DNA from: Octopus sinensis
Lineage: Eukaryota
NCBI RefSeq assembly: GCF_006345805.1
Contig: NC_043003.1
Coordinates: 11,532,001 to 11,596,000, forward strand
DNA: 64,000 nucleotides
Reading direction: 5' to 3'
Numbering within the stretch: position 1 is the first letter of the stretch; every line of letters starts with the position of its first letter. The notes below the pieces were generated by a model. That model ran no database searches. It was not told where the DNA came from and worked only from the letters and a program-made list of their open reading frames with translations. The position numbers were made by a program, and so were the translations under genes. Positions 25,806-38,487 of this stretch are shown here, piece by piece.

Positions 25806-27492
25806 CTGCCTTGCACCTGTGTCACATATTATTGAAGGAAAATGCTTTATTTCTCATGTAATGACGACACTAAACATTGTAGACGTCTCAGTAAATGTTT
25901 CTCCTTTGTATATTATTCTTCCTGCCACCTTCATTCATGCTTTCTCTCTCTCTCTCTCTTCCTCTGACAATGAGTTTAAAACCTCATTTGAATACATTCA
26001 AATGAAGATGTGCTACATCTTCTTTACAGTTTCCTGTTTGTTACTATGGGGTCCTCCTATACGTCAAACCTCTGGTGACACAAGCTTTTGTCCCGATGTT
26101 TTTGTCCTTTGTAAACCAGTAAGCTTAAAAGGGGACCCATCTATTTGTACACACTCACACCCAAGACGCCTACCCTCTCTCCACAAACATCTTCTGTTAT
26201 TACTGCTGAGAAAAGAAACATTCTTTTTCCCTCCATTTCTTTTTTGCACACTTTTCCTCCCCCTCTTTTTCCCCTCTCTCTCTATCCATCTTTTCTTCTT
26301 TACTTTTCTTTTTTATACTCCATTACTCTAGATTTTTTTTTCTTTTCTTCTTTTCTGTTTTTCTTTTTTTTTTCCTTTCTGTTTTCCAGTCTCTCCTTCC
26401 CTCCTCTCTCTCTCTCTCTCTTCTTTTTTTCTCTATCTCTCTTTCCACTGTCTCTTTCTCCTCCACACATAAGCATGCAAATACACACGCACACACACAC
26501 AGGCACACACATTCACTCTGTACTTTTTGACAAATGACTTACTGTTGAATAAGATTACCAATAGGTCCTTTGTCACTTCTAATCAACTGGCTGTTTCTCT
26601 ACTCTTCTCTTAGTAATGCTTATTAAGCCAGTAACCTCACCCTGTACCTACACAGCCGAATCTAACCTGTTGTAACATCTCTGAAGATATATTTTCACAC
26701 TGATATTCAACAAATAGCACAACAACAACAACAGCAAAATCATTTTGTGAATCAATAATCTAAGAGTACATTCTAGCCGTTTCTCCAAGAATTGGTGGGG
26801 GAACTAAATTTTGCTGTCATAAACAAATAAGATTGGATGAACTGTTTGTAGAGAAGAAGCAAGATCTTACCAAAGTGGAGGTCACAACCTAGATTAGATT
26901 CCTACTTAGGAATCATTTCACTTTATACATACAATGAATTATAATGTATTGAAGAAGTCTTCAGTGTCAGGACTTTTCATTCTGAGCCACATTCCCTAAT
27001 AAATCTTAAAAAGCTTTGCTATATTGTCAAAAGAAACTAGAGATAAACAAATCCAGTGAATGAGTTTAGTGGACAATATGGCTGTATAGTGGACAGATTG
27101 ATGGATTTGACCAGCAACAAAGCAATTAATATTCAGCTGTTGTGGAGTGAAGCCTCTTAAATGTTTTTATTGTGTTTTTACACCCTCCTGACCTTTTTTT
27201 AATTGGGGCTTTTGTTATTTATGTAGTTTGGTTTCTATTTCCAAAGGAAATGTCTGTAGGTATGTATGTTGGTCCTTTGTTTGCATTGCTAAAAGTCCCT
27301 TGGATTTTAGTGCGGCTGAAAGAACAAGTGTTGAAACTGAAGTAAATTGAAATTGTAATAATGACTTTAACGAGTTGGATTTTTCCATCAGGGATTTTAG
27401 GCCTCCATAGAGAAAACGTTCAACTGAGTTGAACTCATTTTTCATGGCAAACAAATCACATTGTCATCAGAAGATTAGTGTGTGTGTGTGGT

Positions 27493-27815
27493 AAAGGTGA
27501 GTGGCTTACTGGTTAGAGTATTTGGTTCATGATTGTAAGTCTGTGAGTTCGATACCAAGCTGTGCATTGTGTCCTTGAGCAAGACACTTTACTTTCACAT
27601 TGCTCCAGTTCACTCAGCTGGTGACAATAAGTAGTACTTGTATTTCAAAGGGTCAGCCTTGTCACACTCTATGTCACGCTGAATCCCCCCCCCATAGAAC
27701 TACATTGAGGGTACACATGTCTGTGGAGTACTCAGCCACCTGCACGTTAATTTTACAGACTGTTCTGTTGATCAGACCAATGGGAGCCTTTGTCATCATA
27801 ACTGATGGAGTGCCT
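27493..27815 (+). mobile_element. SINE family D (tRNA head plus TGTGTCCTTGAGCAAGACAC core)
   Basis: A/B-box-like head and CORE/V-like block. Related pieces lie at about 39110-39250 (+), 55730-55865 plus 56088-56215 (-) and 1385-1505 (-). Confidence 0.75.
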
Positions 27816-28379
27816 GTGTGTGTGTGTTCTTTGCAGCTTATCTATTCGTTTCCTCATTGTTTCAAATGAATTGAATCGAGATTTCAATAATCTGATTGTT
27901 TATTTTTAGACTGACATTGTTGGGTAGGTATGAAAGACCAGATCTGGCCAGTCTGATCATAGAGCAAGTAGGGTATTTTGGCTGGCATTGGAGATTTTAA
28001 ATGCCAAAGGATCAAGAAATGTTATGTTTCTATCCAGTTGAAAGCTTTTACATAATGTGTATAAAATAATAATTTTATGAAGTTACAGAAATTTGAATTT
28101 TGCATTACCATTGTGAAGGTCCAGCAGTTTCTGTTCTGTCTTTGGCATTGTGTTTCTGGTTAAACACCATTTTTAATGACGGTTTATTTAGTTATCAATA
28201 GACACCTTAACGAACTACTAATGATTGGAGGGAAGCAATAAAGGTTTTATATCTCCTCTACAGTAAGACACCTGTTATCTTACTTCCTGCCCCTCTTATC
28301 ATACTTTGGCCTAAAACTACCTCCCTCAGTAGGACTGTCACCAGTACCAGTACCATATGAAAGATATCTGGTACACCAA

Positions 28380-28610
28380 GGCGGCGAGCTGGCAGAAACG
28401 TTAGCACGCCGGGCGAAATGCTTTGCGGCATTTCGTCTGCCATTACGTTCCGAGTTCAAATTCCGCCAAGGTCGACTTTGCCTTTCATCCTTTCAGGGTC
28501 GATTAAATAAGTACCAGTTATGCATTGGGGTCGATATAATCGACTTAATCCGTTTGTCTGTCCATGTTTGTCCTCCCTGTGTTTAGCTCCTTGTGGGTAG
28601 TAAAGAAAGA
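28380..28610 (+). mobile_element. SINE family A copy with target duplication
   Basis: TATCTGGTACAC at 28365-28376 and 28613-28624. Confidence 0.92.
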
Positions 28611-29136
28611 GGTATCTGGTACACTTTGTGAGATGGTTGGTGTTATGAACGGCATCCAAGAGAAGAAACCATTCCAAAGCAGACATTGGAACTTGGTTCA
28701 ATCCCCTGGTTCACCAGCTTTTGCCAATCCATCCAAGCCATGCCAGTATGGAAAATAGACATTGGTGATGATATATATAGATGTATAATTATACACATTA
28801 TAATGATTCCTGGCAATTTTTATTATTATTTATTACTGTTATTATTATTATTTTGCTTTTCTTTATTTTATAATTAGTCAATCAAGCAATAATTATTTTC
28901 TTTTTCATACATGACGATTAAATTTACCTGTCGTACCTTTCTTACATGTTTTTCTTCTTGTTTATTTTCAGTTTCAACAGTGGGCACATGAATCTGACAA
29001 AGCTATGTTTCACATTATATGATTTCAAACAGCTGGTTCTAACTGTTAATGCAGGTAATTATATACAGCAGTTGCATATTATGTAGCCTTAGAAACAACA
29101 AACACAACAACAACAACAACAATTATGATGATGATG

Positions 29137-29171
<35 letters not shown>

Positions 29172-29514
29172 CACAATCATTATCATGATAATTCTCTTGA
29201 CTATTTACTACTTCGGTTTGTTCATTTCATAGCCCCACTCTTCCCCCCTGCCTTCTCTGTTCATAATAACAGTATTAATTTTAGGGAAGTCTTATGTTAG
29301 CCTTCTCATATTGGATCTAAGAGCTAATAATAGGTGGTTTACTGCACATTTTCCCTGTCATCTTCTACAAAACATTCTGTAGTTATTTTTCCTTCACTTT
29401 CATTCAAACCCTCTGTATGTGTGTGTGTGTACGCGCACGTAAATATCATCATCATTGTCATTTAACATCCACTTTCCATGTTGGCATGGGTACGACAGAA
29501 TATATATATATTAA

Positions 29515-29747
29515 GGTGGCGGGCTGGCAGAAATGTTAGTACGCCGGGTGAAATGCTTAGCGGTATTTTGTCCGCCTTTACTTTCTAAGTTCAAGTTCCG
29601 CCGAGGTCGACTTAGCCTTTCATCCTTTCAGGGTCGATAAATTAAGTACCAGTTACGCACTGGGGTCGATGTAATCGACTTAATCCCTTTGTCTGTCCTT
29701 GTTTGTCCCCTCTATGTTTAGCCCCTTGTGGGCAATAAAGAAATAAG
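29515..29747 (+). mobile_element. SINE family A copy
   Basis: Full length, flanked by AGAATATATATATAT. Older copies lie at about 1575-1785, 35660-35820 (-), 40133-40216 (-), 44866-45065 and 61260-61470. Confidence 0.9.
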
Positions 29748-29824
29748 AATATATATATATATGGCGGTGCCCCAGCATGGCCACAGCTCATAAGCTGAAA
29801 CTAGAATCAATCAATCAATCATAT

Positions 29825-30270
29825 ATATATCATCATCATTGTTTAACGTCCGCTTTTATATGCTGGCATGGGTAAGACGGTTTGACTGAGGGCTGGCGAA
29901 CCAGATGGTTGCACCAGGCTCCAATCTGATCTGGCAGATTTTCTACAGCTGGATGTCCTTCTTAACATCAACTACTTTGACAGTAGTGGATGCTTTTACG
30001 TGCCACCAGCACGAGGGCCAGTCAGGCGGTACTGGCAATGGCCATGCTCAAATGGTGTTTTTCACGTGCCACCTGCACAGGAGCCAGTCCAGCAGCACTG
30101 GCAACGACCTCGCTTGAATGTTTTTTCACGTGCCACCAGCACAAGTGCCAGTAAAGCGACGCTGGTAATGATCATGCTGGAATGGTGCTTTTTACGTGCC
30201 ACCGGCATGGAAGCCAGTCAGCTGCTCTGGCAACGCTCACACTCAGATGGTGCTCTTAGCACTCCACTAA
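29825..30270 (-). mobile_element. RTE 3' UTR fragment with diverged tandem units
   Basis: (CAT)n tail followed by repeated GGTGCTTTTTACGTGCCACC units. Confidence 0.85.
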
Positions 30271-30536
30271 CATGGATGCCAGACATTGAATTACCTGACC
30301 TGACCTGATCGACCTCCTTCCTGGCATGTTTGGACAGGTTTTGGGGACTAGTTTTACAGCCAGATGCTCTTCCTATTGCCAACTGTTTTAGTTACCTTTT
30401 ACGACATCCAAGGAAGCTGTGTACCTGTGCTAAAACTAGGATACATACAGTGCATTAAAATAATTCCTAAGGGGACCACTTTCATATGTTGTAATTAAAA
30501 TGTGTCTGGCTTAGTGGTTATGGTAATTGGCTCATG

Positions 30537-30993
30537 ACCTTTGTTACCATATTTCTGTTGAGATGCTCTGTGTTTCTTTCAATTAATTTTTAAATATAAC
30601 AAAGAATTTTGTAAAATAACTTAGTCACAATTTATGTTCCTAACACTAGCTTAGTGATAACTAAGGTTTGGTGGAAGATTTTAATTCAGAACTTTTGAAA
30701 ACAAGACATTTGTACTACAGAACCAGAAGCAATTTCAGCCGGGTTGGTATCAAAAGGGTTAAGAATTGTTTCTCTATTATATATTTTAACCCTTTTGTTA
30801 CCATATTTCTGTTGAGATGCTCTGTGTTTCTTTCAATTAATTTTAAATATTATAAAGAATTTAATGAAATAACTTAGTTATCATTAAACTAGAGTTAGGA
30901 ACATAAATTTAATTGAGAACTTTTGAAAACAGAACATTTGTACCACAGAACCAGGGGTGGTGGTTTCAGCTGGATTGGTATCAAAAGGGTTAA
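30537..30993. mobile_element. Tandem dimer of a piggyBac-type MITE (CCCTTT...AAAGGG, TTAA-flanked)
   Basis: Copies at about 30537-30758 and 30790-30989, separated by TTAA + 23-bp spacer + TTAA. Confidence 0.85.
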
Positions 30994-31579
30994 AGTGAGA
31001 AGCTGGCAGAATTATTACAGCACCAGGCAAAAAAGTGCTTAGTGGAATTTTTTTCCGACTTTACGTTCTGAGTTCAGATTCTGCTGAGGTTGACTTTACC
31101 TTTCATCCTTTCAGGGCCAATAAAACAGACACCAGTCAACTGCTGCAGTTGATATAATTACCCCTCTCCTTGTAATTAACTAACACCACTCCTTGTACCA
31201 AAATTTGAAACACTATGTTCTAATCGAAATTAATTAGCACAATCATAACTCTGATCTTAGTCTTTAATGAGCACAGCCTCTGGAACCCAGTATTCCAGGT
31301 TCACTAATCTGTGATGTGAGATTATGCTAATTGAATATGCACCATACTAAAAACTGTTTCAAAATATATTTTATTCATTTAGCACGGGTCTCTTTGTATC
31401 CCATTTGTGGCTTACTAATTCAATAAACTGATTAACACATATTGCATCAATGAAACAGTGAAACATTAAATTCCTGCAGGAAGAGAGCTATAGGGTTTGT
31501 GAGTTCAATTGTTGTATGGGGCCAATTTGGATTGGTTTCTTGGCCTTTAAGTTAAATTTGGTAGATGGAGACAGAGATA

Positions 31580-31845
31580 GCCTCCTCTCTCTCATCTCCA
31601 ATTTTCCTCACTCCCTCTCCTCTCTCCCGTTTCCTTTCTATCCCCTCTCTCCTTTCTCTTTCTCTCCCCTCCCTATCTCTCTCCTTTCTCTTCTCCCCCT
31701 CTCTCCTTTCTCTCCTCCCCTCTCTCCTTTCTCTCCTCCCTATCTTTCCTTTCTCTCCTCCCTCTCTCCTTTCTCCCTTCCTTCCCTCTTTTTCTCCTCT
31801 CTTTTCTCCCTCTCCTTCACTTCTTTCTCCTCCCCCTCTCTTTCA
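31580..31845. repeat. Polypyrimidine (CT-rich) tract; similar tracts at 26230-26470 and 9125-9215
   Basis: Almost purine-free on the plus strand. Confidence 0.9.
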
Positions 31846-32549
31846 CAGACATCAGTTGAAATTGTTCAATTTTTTTAACTTTTGTATTTCATTTCCTGTT
31901 GTTTTTGCTTTAACAAGATTTTAATATCGCGCAATGCTTCACCAAACTTCTCTATTCTAGAGAGCATGTGTGTATGTTTGCACTTACATGCAATGAGTGT
32001 ATGCGTGCATGCATGTTTCTGTCACTTTGTCTTGACATTTGTGTTATTGTTCTAAATGAATGTCATTCATTTCCAATCTTTTGCAAAAACATGTCTAGCC
32101 ATAGAGAAATATTACCTTATGTGGAAACAGGTGATGGTTGGGTGACAGGAAAGGCGTCCAGCAGTAGGAACTCTACCTTCAGTTCCATCTGACTCATGGA
32201 AGAATGGGAAAATGGAAACTTGGGAGTCATGATAATGATGATGATACAGTATTGCTCTGGGGAATAAATCTGGGAAAATATACCCTCCAGAATCTCGTTT
32301 ACTGAGCCACTGAATCAGAGGGACATAAACAAACCAACACTAATTGGTATGCAGTATGCGGGTTGTGTCATCAAACACATATACACGCATCGTAAAAGCA
32401 AATAAGCATTGCTTATTATACTATCTTATCTGGACAAATGTTAATTGGAGTTTCAAACTTGTTGATGTATTTTATGTACAAAGCATATCTGTTCAATACT
32501 CAATGAAATATTTAAATGCATCGAATGACATTATTTACTTATGGTAAAC

Positions 32550-32791
32550 TTATTTGAGAGTTGAGGAATTATGCATATTATTTACATTTGACGGATATCT
32601 TTCCTCATCTTGTTCATTGTTAAAACAACGTTTCAGCTGATATACCCTCCAGCCTTCATCAGGTGTCCTGGGGGAATTTTGAACCTAAGTTATTTTTCCA
32701 ATGTTGTTATTATTATTCAGGTCACTGCCTAGAATCGAACTCGGTATCTTGGGGTTAGTAGCTCGCATTCTTAACCACTATGCCATATGCC
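32550..32791 (-). mobile_element. tRNA-headed SINE with a 3' hammerhead-ribozyme motif (copy 2)
   Basis: Reverse complement reads GGCATATGGCATAGTGG...GAGTTCGATTC...(AAT)n...GGACACCTGATGAAGGCTGGAGGGTATATCAGCTGAAACGTTGTTTT. Confidence 0.85.
32622..32667 (-). ncRNA. Minimal type I hammerhead ribozyme motif (decayed in stems I and II)
   Basis: Core CTGATGA and GAAA intact, palindromic ACGT stem III intact, C11.1 changed to T, one stem I mismatch. Confidence 0.65.
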
Positions 32792-33219
32792 TGTGGGCAA
32801 TAATGAAGTGAATTTTAGGGCTTATAAATCTAATATTTTCCTTTCCCATATGCTACTCATATCTTCACTCGGTTTGCTTAGGAGGTTATTATGTCCTTGC
32901 ATATGTCTATTATTTTAACTTCATCCCAAGTTATTTACTTTCTAGAAATAAGTCTTTTGAAAAAATTCATTGTGTCTAGGAAGAGCCATCATGTCAATAT
33001 GATTAAAACACACACACACTGATTCAATTCCACTCATTTATTAAATATCCGATTGTTTTTTTGTCAAAGCTCTTTTCTTGGTTTTTACAAGCTTCTCAAT
33101 GACTGTCGACTCTGTCTCTTATGCATGCAGCAAAATTTGTTTCAACACACAAATCCACATAAAGAATCTTGCAAACCAGATACAAAAACGAACTAGAATA
33201 AGCTCTTTTAAAAATGTTG

Positions 33220-33262
<43 letters not shown>

Positions 33263-36200
33263 AGAGGATGCTGGAAAGTCCCTGGCTTTGGGTAAAAGAA
33301 CATAGAAGAGGGTCGGTTAATTATGATTTTATACAACATATTCCCCTCTAAATCTACACACTTATTGCAGTAGTCCTTCAGTTTTTCTAAGCCCTGTAAA
33401 AGAACTCAGAAGATTAGGCCTCCATGCAGGCCTTTCACGATACCCTTAAAATCAGGAACTTTTCAGCACACCCTCGTGTATGTATGTGTGTGTGTGTACA
33501 ATGACCTCGAACCCACAAGACTAAACAAGAGAGACAGAGACAGGCAGAAACAAGGAAAATGCCACTTGTATTTGAATACTATACAAATATTCTTTTAAAA
33601 AAACTTTTCTTTTAATTTTTTCAAATTTAATTGTTTTCCATACTTACTGTTGAAAAAGTCTCAATGACTGAAACTGGTACTGAAATGTTTTTTGTAAAAT
33701 TATTTTAGGATTTTCTCTCTTGATTTTTTTTCCATCTATATATATATTTACACACACACACACACACACTCATACACACACACACTCATACACACACACA
33801 CACACCGTATTTTAACGTGTATAAGGAACCCTTTTTTGTCAAAAATATGGTTAAAAAATATGGGAGTTTCTTATACATGGATAGTATTATAATCCCTTAC
33901 AAAATATTTTATCCAAATTTTAAGTCCCCAAAATTAGGGTTATTGGAGTGATTCTGCACCCTTTATATACGATATATAGTGCTGGCATACACACACACAC
34001 ACACACACACTTACACAAACATGCATATAATTTACATTTACATTTGCCTACACACACACAGTACAGTTTCTGTACAGTTTCCATCTATGAAATTCACTTA
34101 CAAGGCATTGATTGGTGTAGGGCTATATAGTAAAAAAAAAACATTTGCCCCAGGGGCCATGCTGTGGGATTGAACCTGAAACCACATGGGGGCAAAATGA
34201 GTGTCTTAACCACACAACCATGCCTCTGTCTTCACTTAGAGACAGAATATCACTCCATTACTTATAAGAAATCACTCTGTAATAGTCTCTCTTCTCTTTT
34301 CTTCTTTACTAAATTTACTACTGTAGCATCTACTTTGTTTTTGTTCTTTTTTTGTTTTGTTTTTTTTTTGTGTAAAAGGTTGGTGTTAGGTGAGGGGGGG
34401 GCTAAATAAATGGTGCTTTTGCGGTTAAGTTAATTGCCTGTAGTCATGGTTGTGGTTTTAACTTAACTACTGGTTACGGTCCTAGTTGGACATCCTTGGT
34501 GTAGCTGTCGGCGGTGGTGATGATGTTTTTCCTTGGTGCTAGTAACAATTGTACTGGTGTGTGTGTGTGTGTCACATCAGTGATGATGATGATAATAGTA
34601 TTGGTGGTGGTGGTGGTGGTGGTGGTGAGGAGTGACCCCCCCCCGCCTCCAGCAGTGGTGGTTGCGGCTATAGTTTTATATTTCATGCTATTATTTGCAC
34701 TGTAATGACTGTGGCGGTCTGGAATGTTTGAGGTGTTTTCAGAGCCGTAAATTGTGATACATTGTGTAATTATTAACGACTGCTCTTTTTCCTTCAAACT
34801 TTGTCTAAAAGTACATGCTGCCTGTTGGCGGCAGTGCTTCCTTGATGTTTGTGGGCAGTCAGAGCAATGGAGTGTGTGTGTACGTGCGAGCGAGAGAGCT
34901 ATCCGGCAGTAGCAATAGTTGTGTGTTTGTGTGTGTGTGTGTGTTATTTAGTTCCAGGTCAAGTATGGTCAAGCAGATCTATGATCAAAGGCATTCCAGC
35001 TCTTGCCATTCCTGTCTTTCGTCCAGACACAGTCTGTCTGTCTGTCTACTTTGGTCTACACTGTCCAATGTGTTCATTTGCCGTTTGAAGATGTTACAGT
35101 ATGCTTTGTCATAATTTTTGACTGCTATTTCTAATAGGTTGCACAACCATGTACTCTCCCTCACTAACTTATGTATGTATGTATGTATGTATGCATCTGT
35201 GTATGTATGTGTGTACTTATGCATTTATGTATGTATTTATATGTATACAGATGCATAGTGTATAGTGTGATATGATGCATTTGTTCAGCAATGCTAGCAG
35301 CCCCCTTGCTTACAGCTTCTTGTTGTTGCTTCACCCCTTGTAGTGAAGTGGGAGGCAGTGTACTGTGTGAGTTTTTCCCTGTCAGAACACAGCTTCACTC
35401 TCACCAACACTCCTGGATACAGGCTTTCCTTCATGTGGCCACACACATTAATTAGTTGGATTGCAAGCCCCTGGTTAAGGATCTCAGAGCAGTAATTGGC
35501 CCCAGAGATACCATGTGCAGGCCTACCCTGGTGAATATGCCCTGGCATTTAATGAGCCCCTACTGTGATGCTTTGTGGGTGAGTTCAGAAAACAAAAATC
35601 TTGGGTAAGATATCCTAAGGGGTAAAGAAGCTGAGGTGAGCAGTATTAAGACTGTTTCTTGTTTCTTTATTGCCCACAAGGGACTAAATATAGAGGGGAC
35701 AGATAAAGGGATTAAATTGATTAGATCGACCCCAGTGCGTAACTAGTACTTAATTTATCGACCCCGTTATGATGAAAGGTAAAGTTGACCTCGGTGGAAT
35801 TTGAACTCAGAACGTAACAGACAAAATAATGTCCAGCTGCCTCCTGCATTTGGGAGGAGGTTTTACTCATCTTTGGTCACCTTTTGCTCCGACAACTAGC
35901 AGTCACTTCTTTGAGGTTTTATAGATGAGGCCAGGAGATCAAAATCTTGGATAGAACCACCTGAGGGGTAACAGAAGCTGTGGCAACCAGTTTGTTTCTT
36001 TCAGATGATATTTCCAGCAACTTCTTGCATTTTAGGAGGTTTTACTCAACTTGGGTACCTCTTGCCCCAAGATCTGACACCCCTTCAGTGAAGATAGAAT
36101 AATGCATACCCTACTATAATATAAAGCTTTGTTACATAGACACCTTCCTCAGTAATGTGGATCATGGCTCTTGTCTCACAGGAATCCTTGTTATCATTAA

Positions 36201-37373
36201 AGTGACCAGAGTATCGTGTGCTTCTGCAACAATAAAATTCTTCATTTCCGTAACCTGTAAGTTCCTCACTTGAGAGGACACCAAGCAGAAATAGTTATTG
36301 TTCAGTGTAGAAATATCTGCAATTCTCTGACCATTTACGAGACAGCATTTTCTATAGCTGCTGCTTTTTAAGAATTACAGTCATTGAAGGATTCCATAGT
36401 TGAAAAATATGATCATTATGGGATTTGATGGACAACCATAAGTGAGCAAGCATGGTTGTATGTGTGCGTGGTTTGCCATATATGAATATATGAATGAATT
36501 TTGCTGTGTATACGTGTGTTTGTTTTGCTATACATGTATGTATGTATTTTGCTATATATTTCTGTATGTTTGTTAGCATGAAGATACACCCTTCTATAAA
36601 ATCTTTTTGCCTTAAGTTATCTTTGTGCGCATGTAGTTTGCATGAGGCCTATGGAAAGGTGGTACAGAATGCATGTCATACCCAAGCCCAGTAATTTCCT
36701 GGGACCTCGTACAATGTTTACCGTATTTGTATATATATAGATAGATAGATAGATATAAAGGAATACAAAAAATGGGACAAGAACACAAAACATCCAGACA
36801 AATGATACAAAAAAGGGACTACAAAATATCTAGACAGATGATGCAAAAATGGGTCATTCGGAGTTTTCTTTCCTCAGTTGAGTTCTAAATTATCTTTGCA
36901 ATTTCGGGCTGTTATACTCGAGAGTGCTCCAATCTGGCCAGCCCCAAGGAAAAACTAAACTAAGAGCACTAGATTCCTTGGAAGAATGTATACGAAAACA
37001 AGAACGGAAAAAAAAAATGGAGAAATGGTACACAAATACAAATGCAAATAACAGGACATTAACAACAGATGTCTTTCGACTATATATCATCATCATCATC
37101 ATCATCGCTTAACGTCCGTTTTCCGTGCTAGCACGGGTTGAACGGTTCGACCAGGGTCTGGGAAGCCAGGGGCTGCTCCAGGCTCCAGTCTGATCTGGCA
37201 GAGTTTCTATGGCTGGATGCCCTTCCTAACGCCAACCACTCTGCGAGTGTAGTGGGTGCTTTTTATGTGCCACCTGCACAGGTGCCAGGGGGGGTCCGGC
37301 ATCGGCCACGATCGGTTGGAGCTTTTAACATGCCAGCGGCACGGAAGCCAGCCAAGGCGACGCTGGCAACGTT

Positions 37374-37668
37374 CGGATGGTGCTTTTTATGTGCCACCAG
37401 CACAGAAGCCAGTCGGAGCGGCGCTGGCATCGGCCACGTTCGGATGGTGCTTTTTATGTGCCACCGGCACAGAAGCCAGTCGGAGCGGCGCTGGCATCGG
37501 CCACGTTCGGATGGTGCTTTTTATGTGCCACCGGCACAGAAGCCAGTCGGAGCGGCGCTGGCATCGGCCACGTTCGGATGGTGCTTTTTATGTGCCACCG
37601 GCACAGAAGCCAGTCGGAGCGGCGCTGGCATCGGCCACGTTCGGATAGTGCTTTTTATGTGCCACCGG
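37374..37668 (-). repeat. 67-bp minisatellite (about 4.4 near-identical units) inside the RTE 3' UTR
   Basis: The unit CGGATGGTGCTTTTTATGTGCC...CCACGTT starts at 37374, 37441, 37508, 37575 and 37642. Confidence 0.95.
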
Positions 37669-37790
37669 CGCAAGCATCACAACTACTATTTCCATTGATA
37701 TTTATTTCGACGTTCATGTTCATGACTCAACAGGTCTCCTCAAGCACAGCGGGACGTTCTGGGATCCAGGGTACTTTGAATGGGCAGGGG

Positions 37791-38409
37791 CTATGCGGAA
37801 CTGATGCAGGAAGCAGCCCGGGTCTTTGCAGTCACAGCATATCTCCAGAGATCTCGGTCCCTTGCCATTGCCTCAGTGAGGCCCAACGCTCTGAGGTCAT
37901 GCTTGACTACCTCATCCCATGTCTTCCTGGGTCTACCTCTCCCCCTGATACCTTCAACTGTTTGGGAGTGGCACTTCTTCACACATCTCTCCTCATCCAT
38001 CCGCAGCACATGACCATACCATTGCAAGCGTCGCTCTTGCACACCACATCTGATGCTTCTTATATCCAGCATTTCTCTCAGGGTACTTACACTCTGTCGA
38101 GCATGCACACTGACATTACACATCCAGCGGATCATGCTAGCTTCATTTCTTTCAAGTCTACGCATGTTCTCTGCAGTCACAGCCCATGTTTCACTACCGT
38201 GAAGCATGGCAGTCCGCACACATGCATCATACAATCTACCTTTCGCTCTGAGCGAGAGACCCTTTGTCGCCAGTAGGGGTAGGAGGTTTCTGAACTTTGC
38301 CCAGGCTATTCGTATTCTAGTGGTGATACTCTCTGTGCATCCACCTCCACTACTAACTTGGTCACCCAGGTAGCGGAAACTATCAACTACTTCTAGTTTC
38401 TCTCCCTGG

Positions 38410-38411
<2 letters not shown>
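37791..38411 (-). CDS. C-terminal part of an RTE-clade LINE ORF2 (end of reverse transcriptase plus C-terminal domain), 5'-truncated
   Basis: Uninterrupted frame of 206 codons plus stop, extending upstream of the listed ORF: LQGEKLEVVDSFRYLGDQVSSGGGCTESITTRIRIAWAKFRNLL...LYDACVRTAMLHGSETW...RRLQWYGHVLRM...GRGRPRKTWDEVVKHDL. The FRYLG, YGSETW-like, WYGHV and GRGRPRKTW motifs are typical of RTE ORF2. Confidence 0.95.

Positions 38412-38487
<76 letters not shown>

Larger units (their letters stand above)
37087..38411 (-). mobile_element. 5'-truncated RTE LINE copy: ORF2 end, 3' UTR with 67-bp tandem array, (GAT)n tail
   Basis: The ORF above runs into a UTR ending in ...GGAAAACGGACGTTAAGCGATGATGATG. 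This identifies the many short (CAT)n/(GAT)n-tailed elements in the window as 3' ends of this LINE family. Confidence 0.92.

Noticed and set aside
27215-27454. Overlapping open frames on both strands with plausible splice sites
   Set aside because: At least three mutually exclusive readings and no recognisable homology; cannot choose without RNA data.
31220-31335. Imperfect hairpin, pre-miRNA-like
   Set aside because: Pairing is patchy, with large internal loops and no recognisable mature sequence.
37138-38276. Plus-strand ORFs of 130-299 aa; likewise 51372-52195 on the minus strand
   Set aside because: Antisense readings of the RTE element and its 67-bp array.
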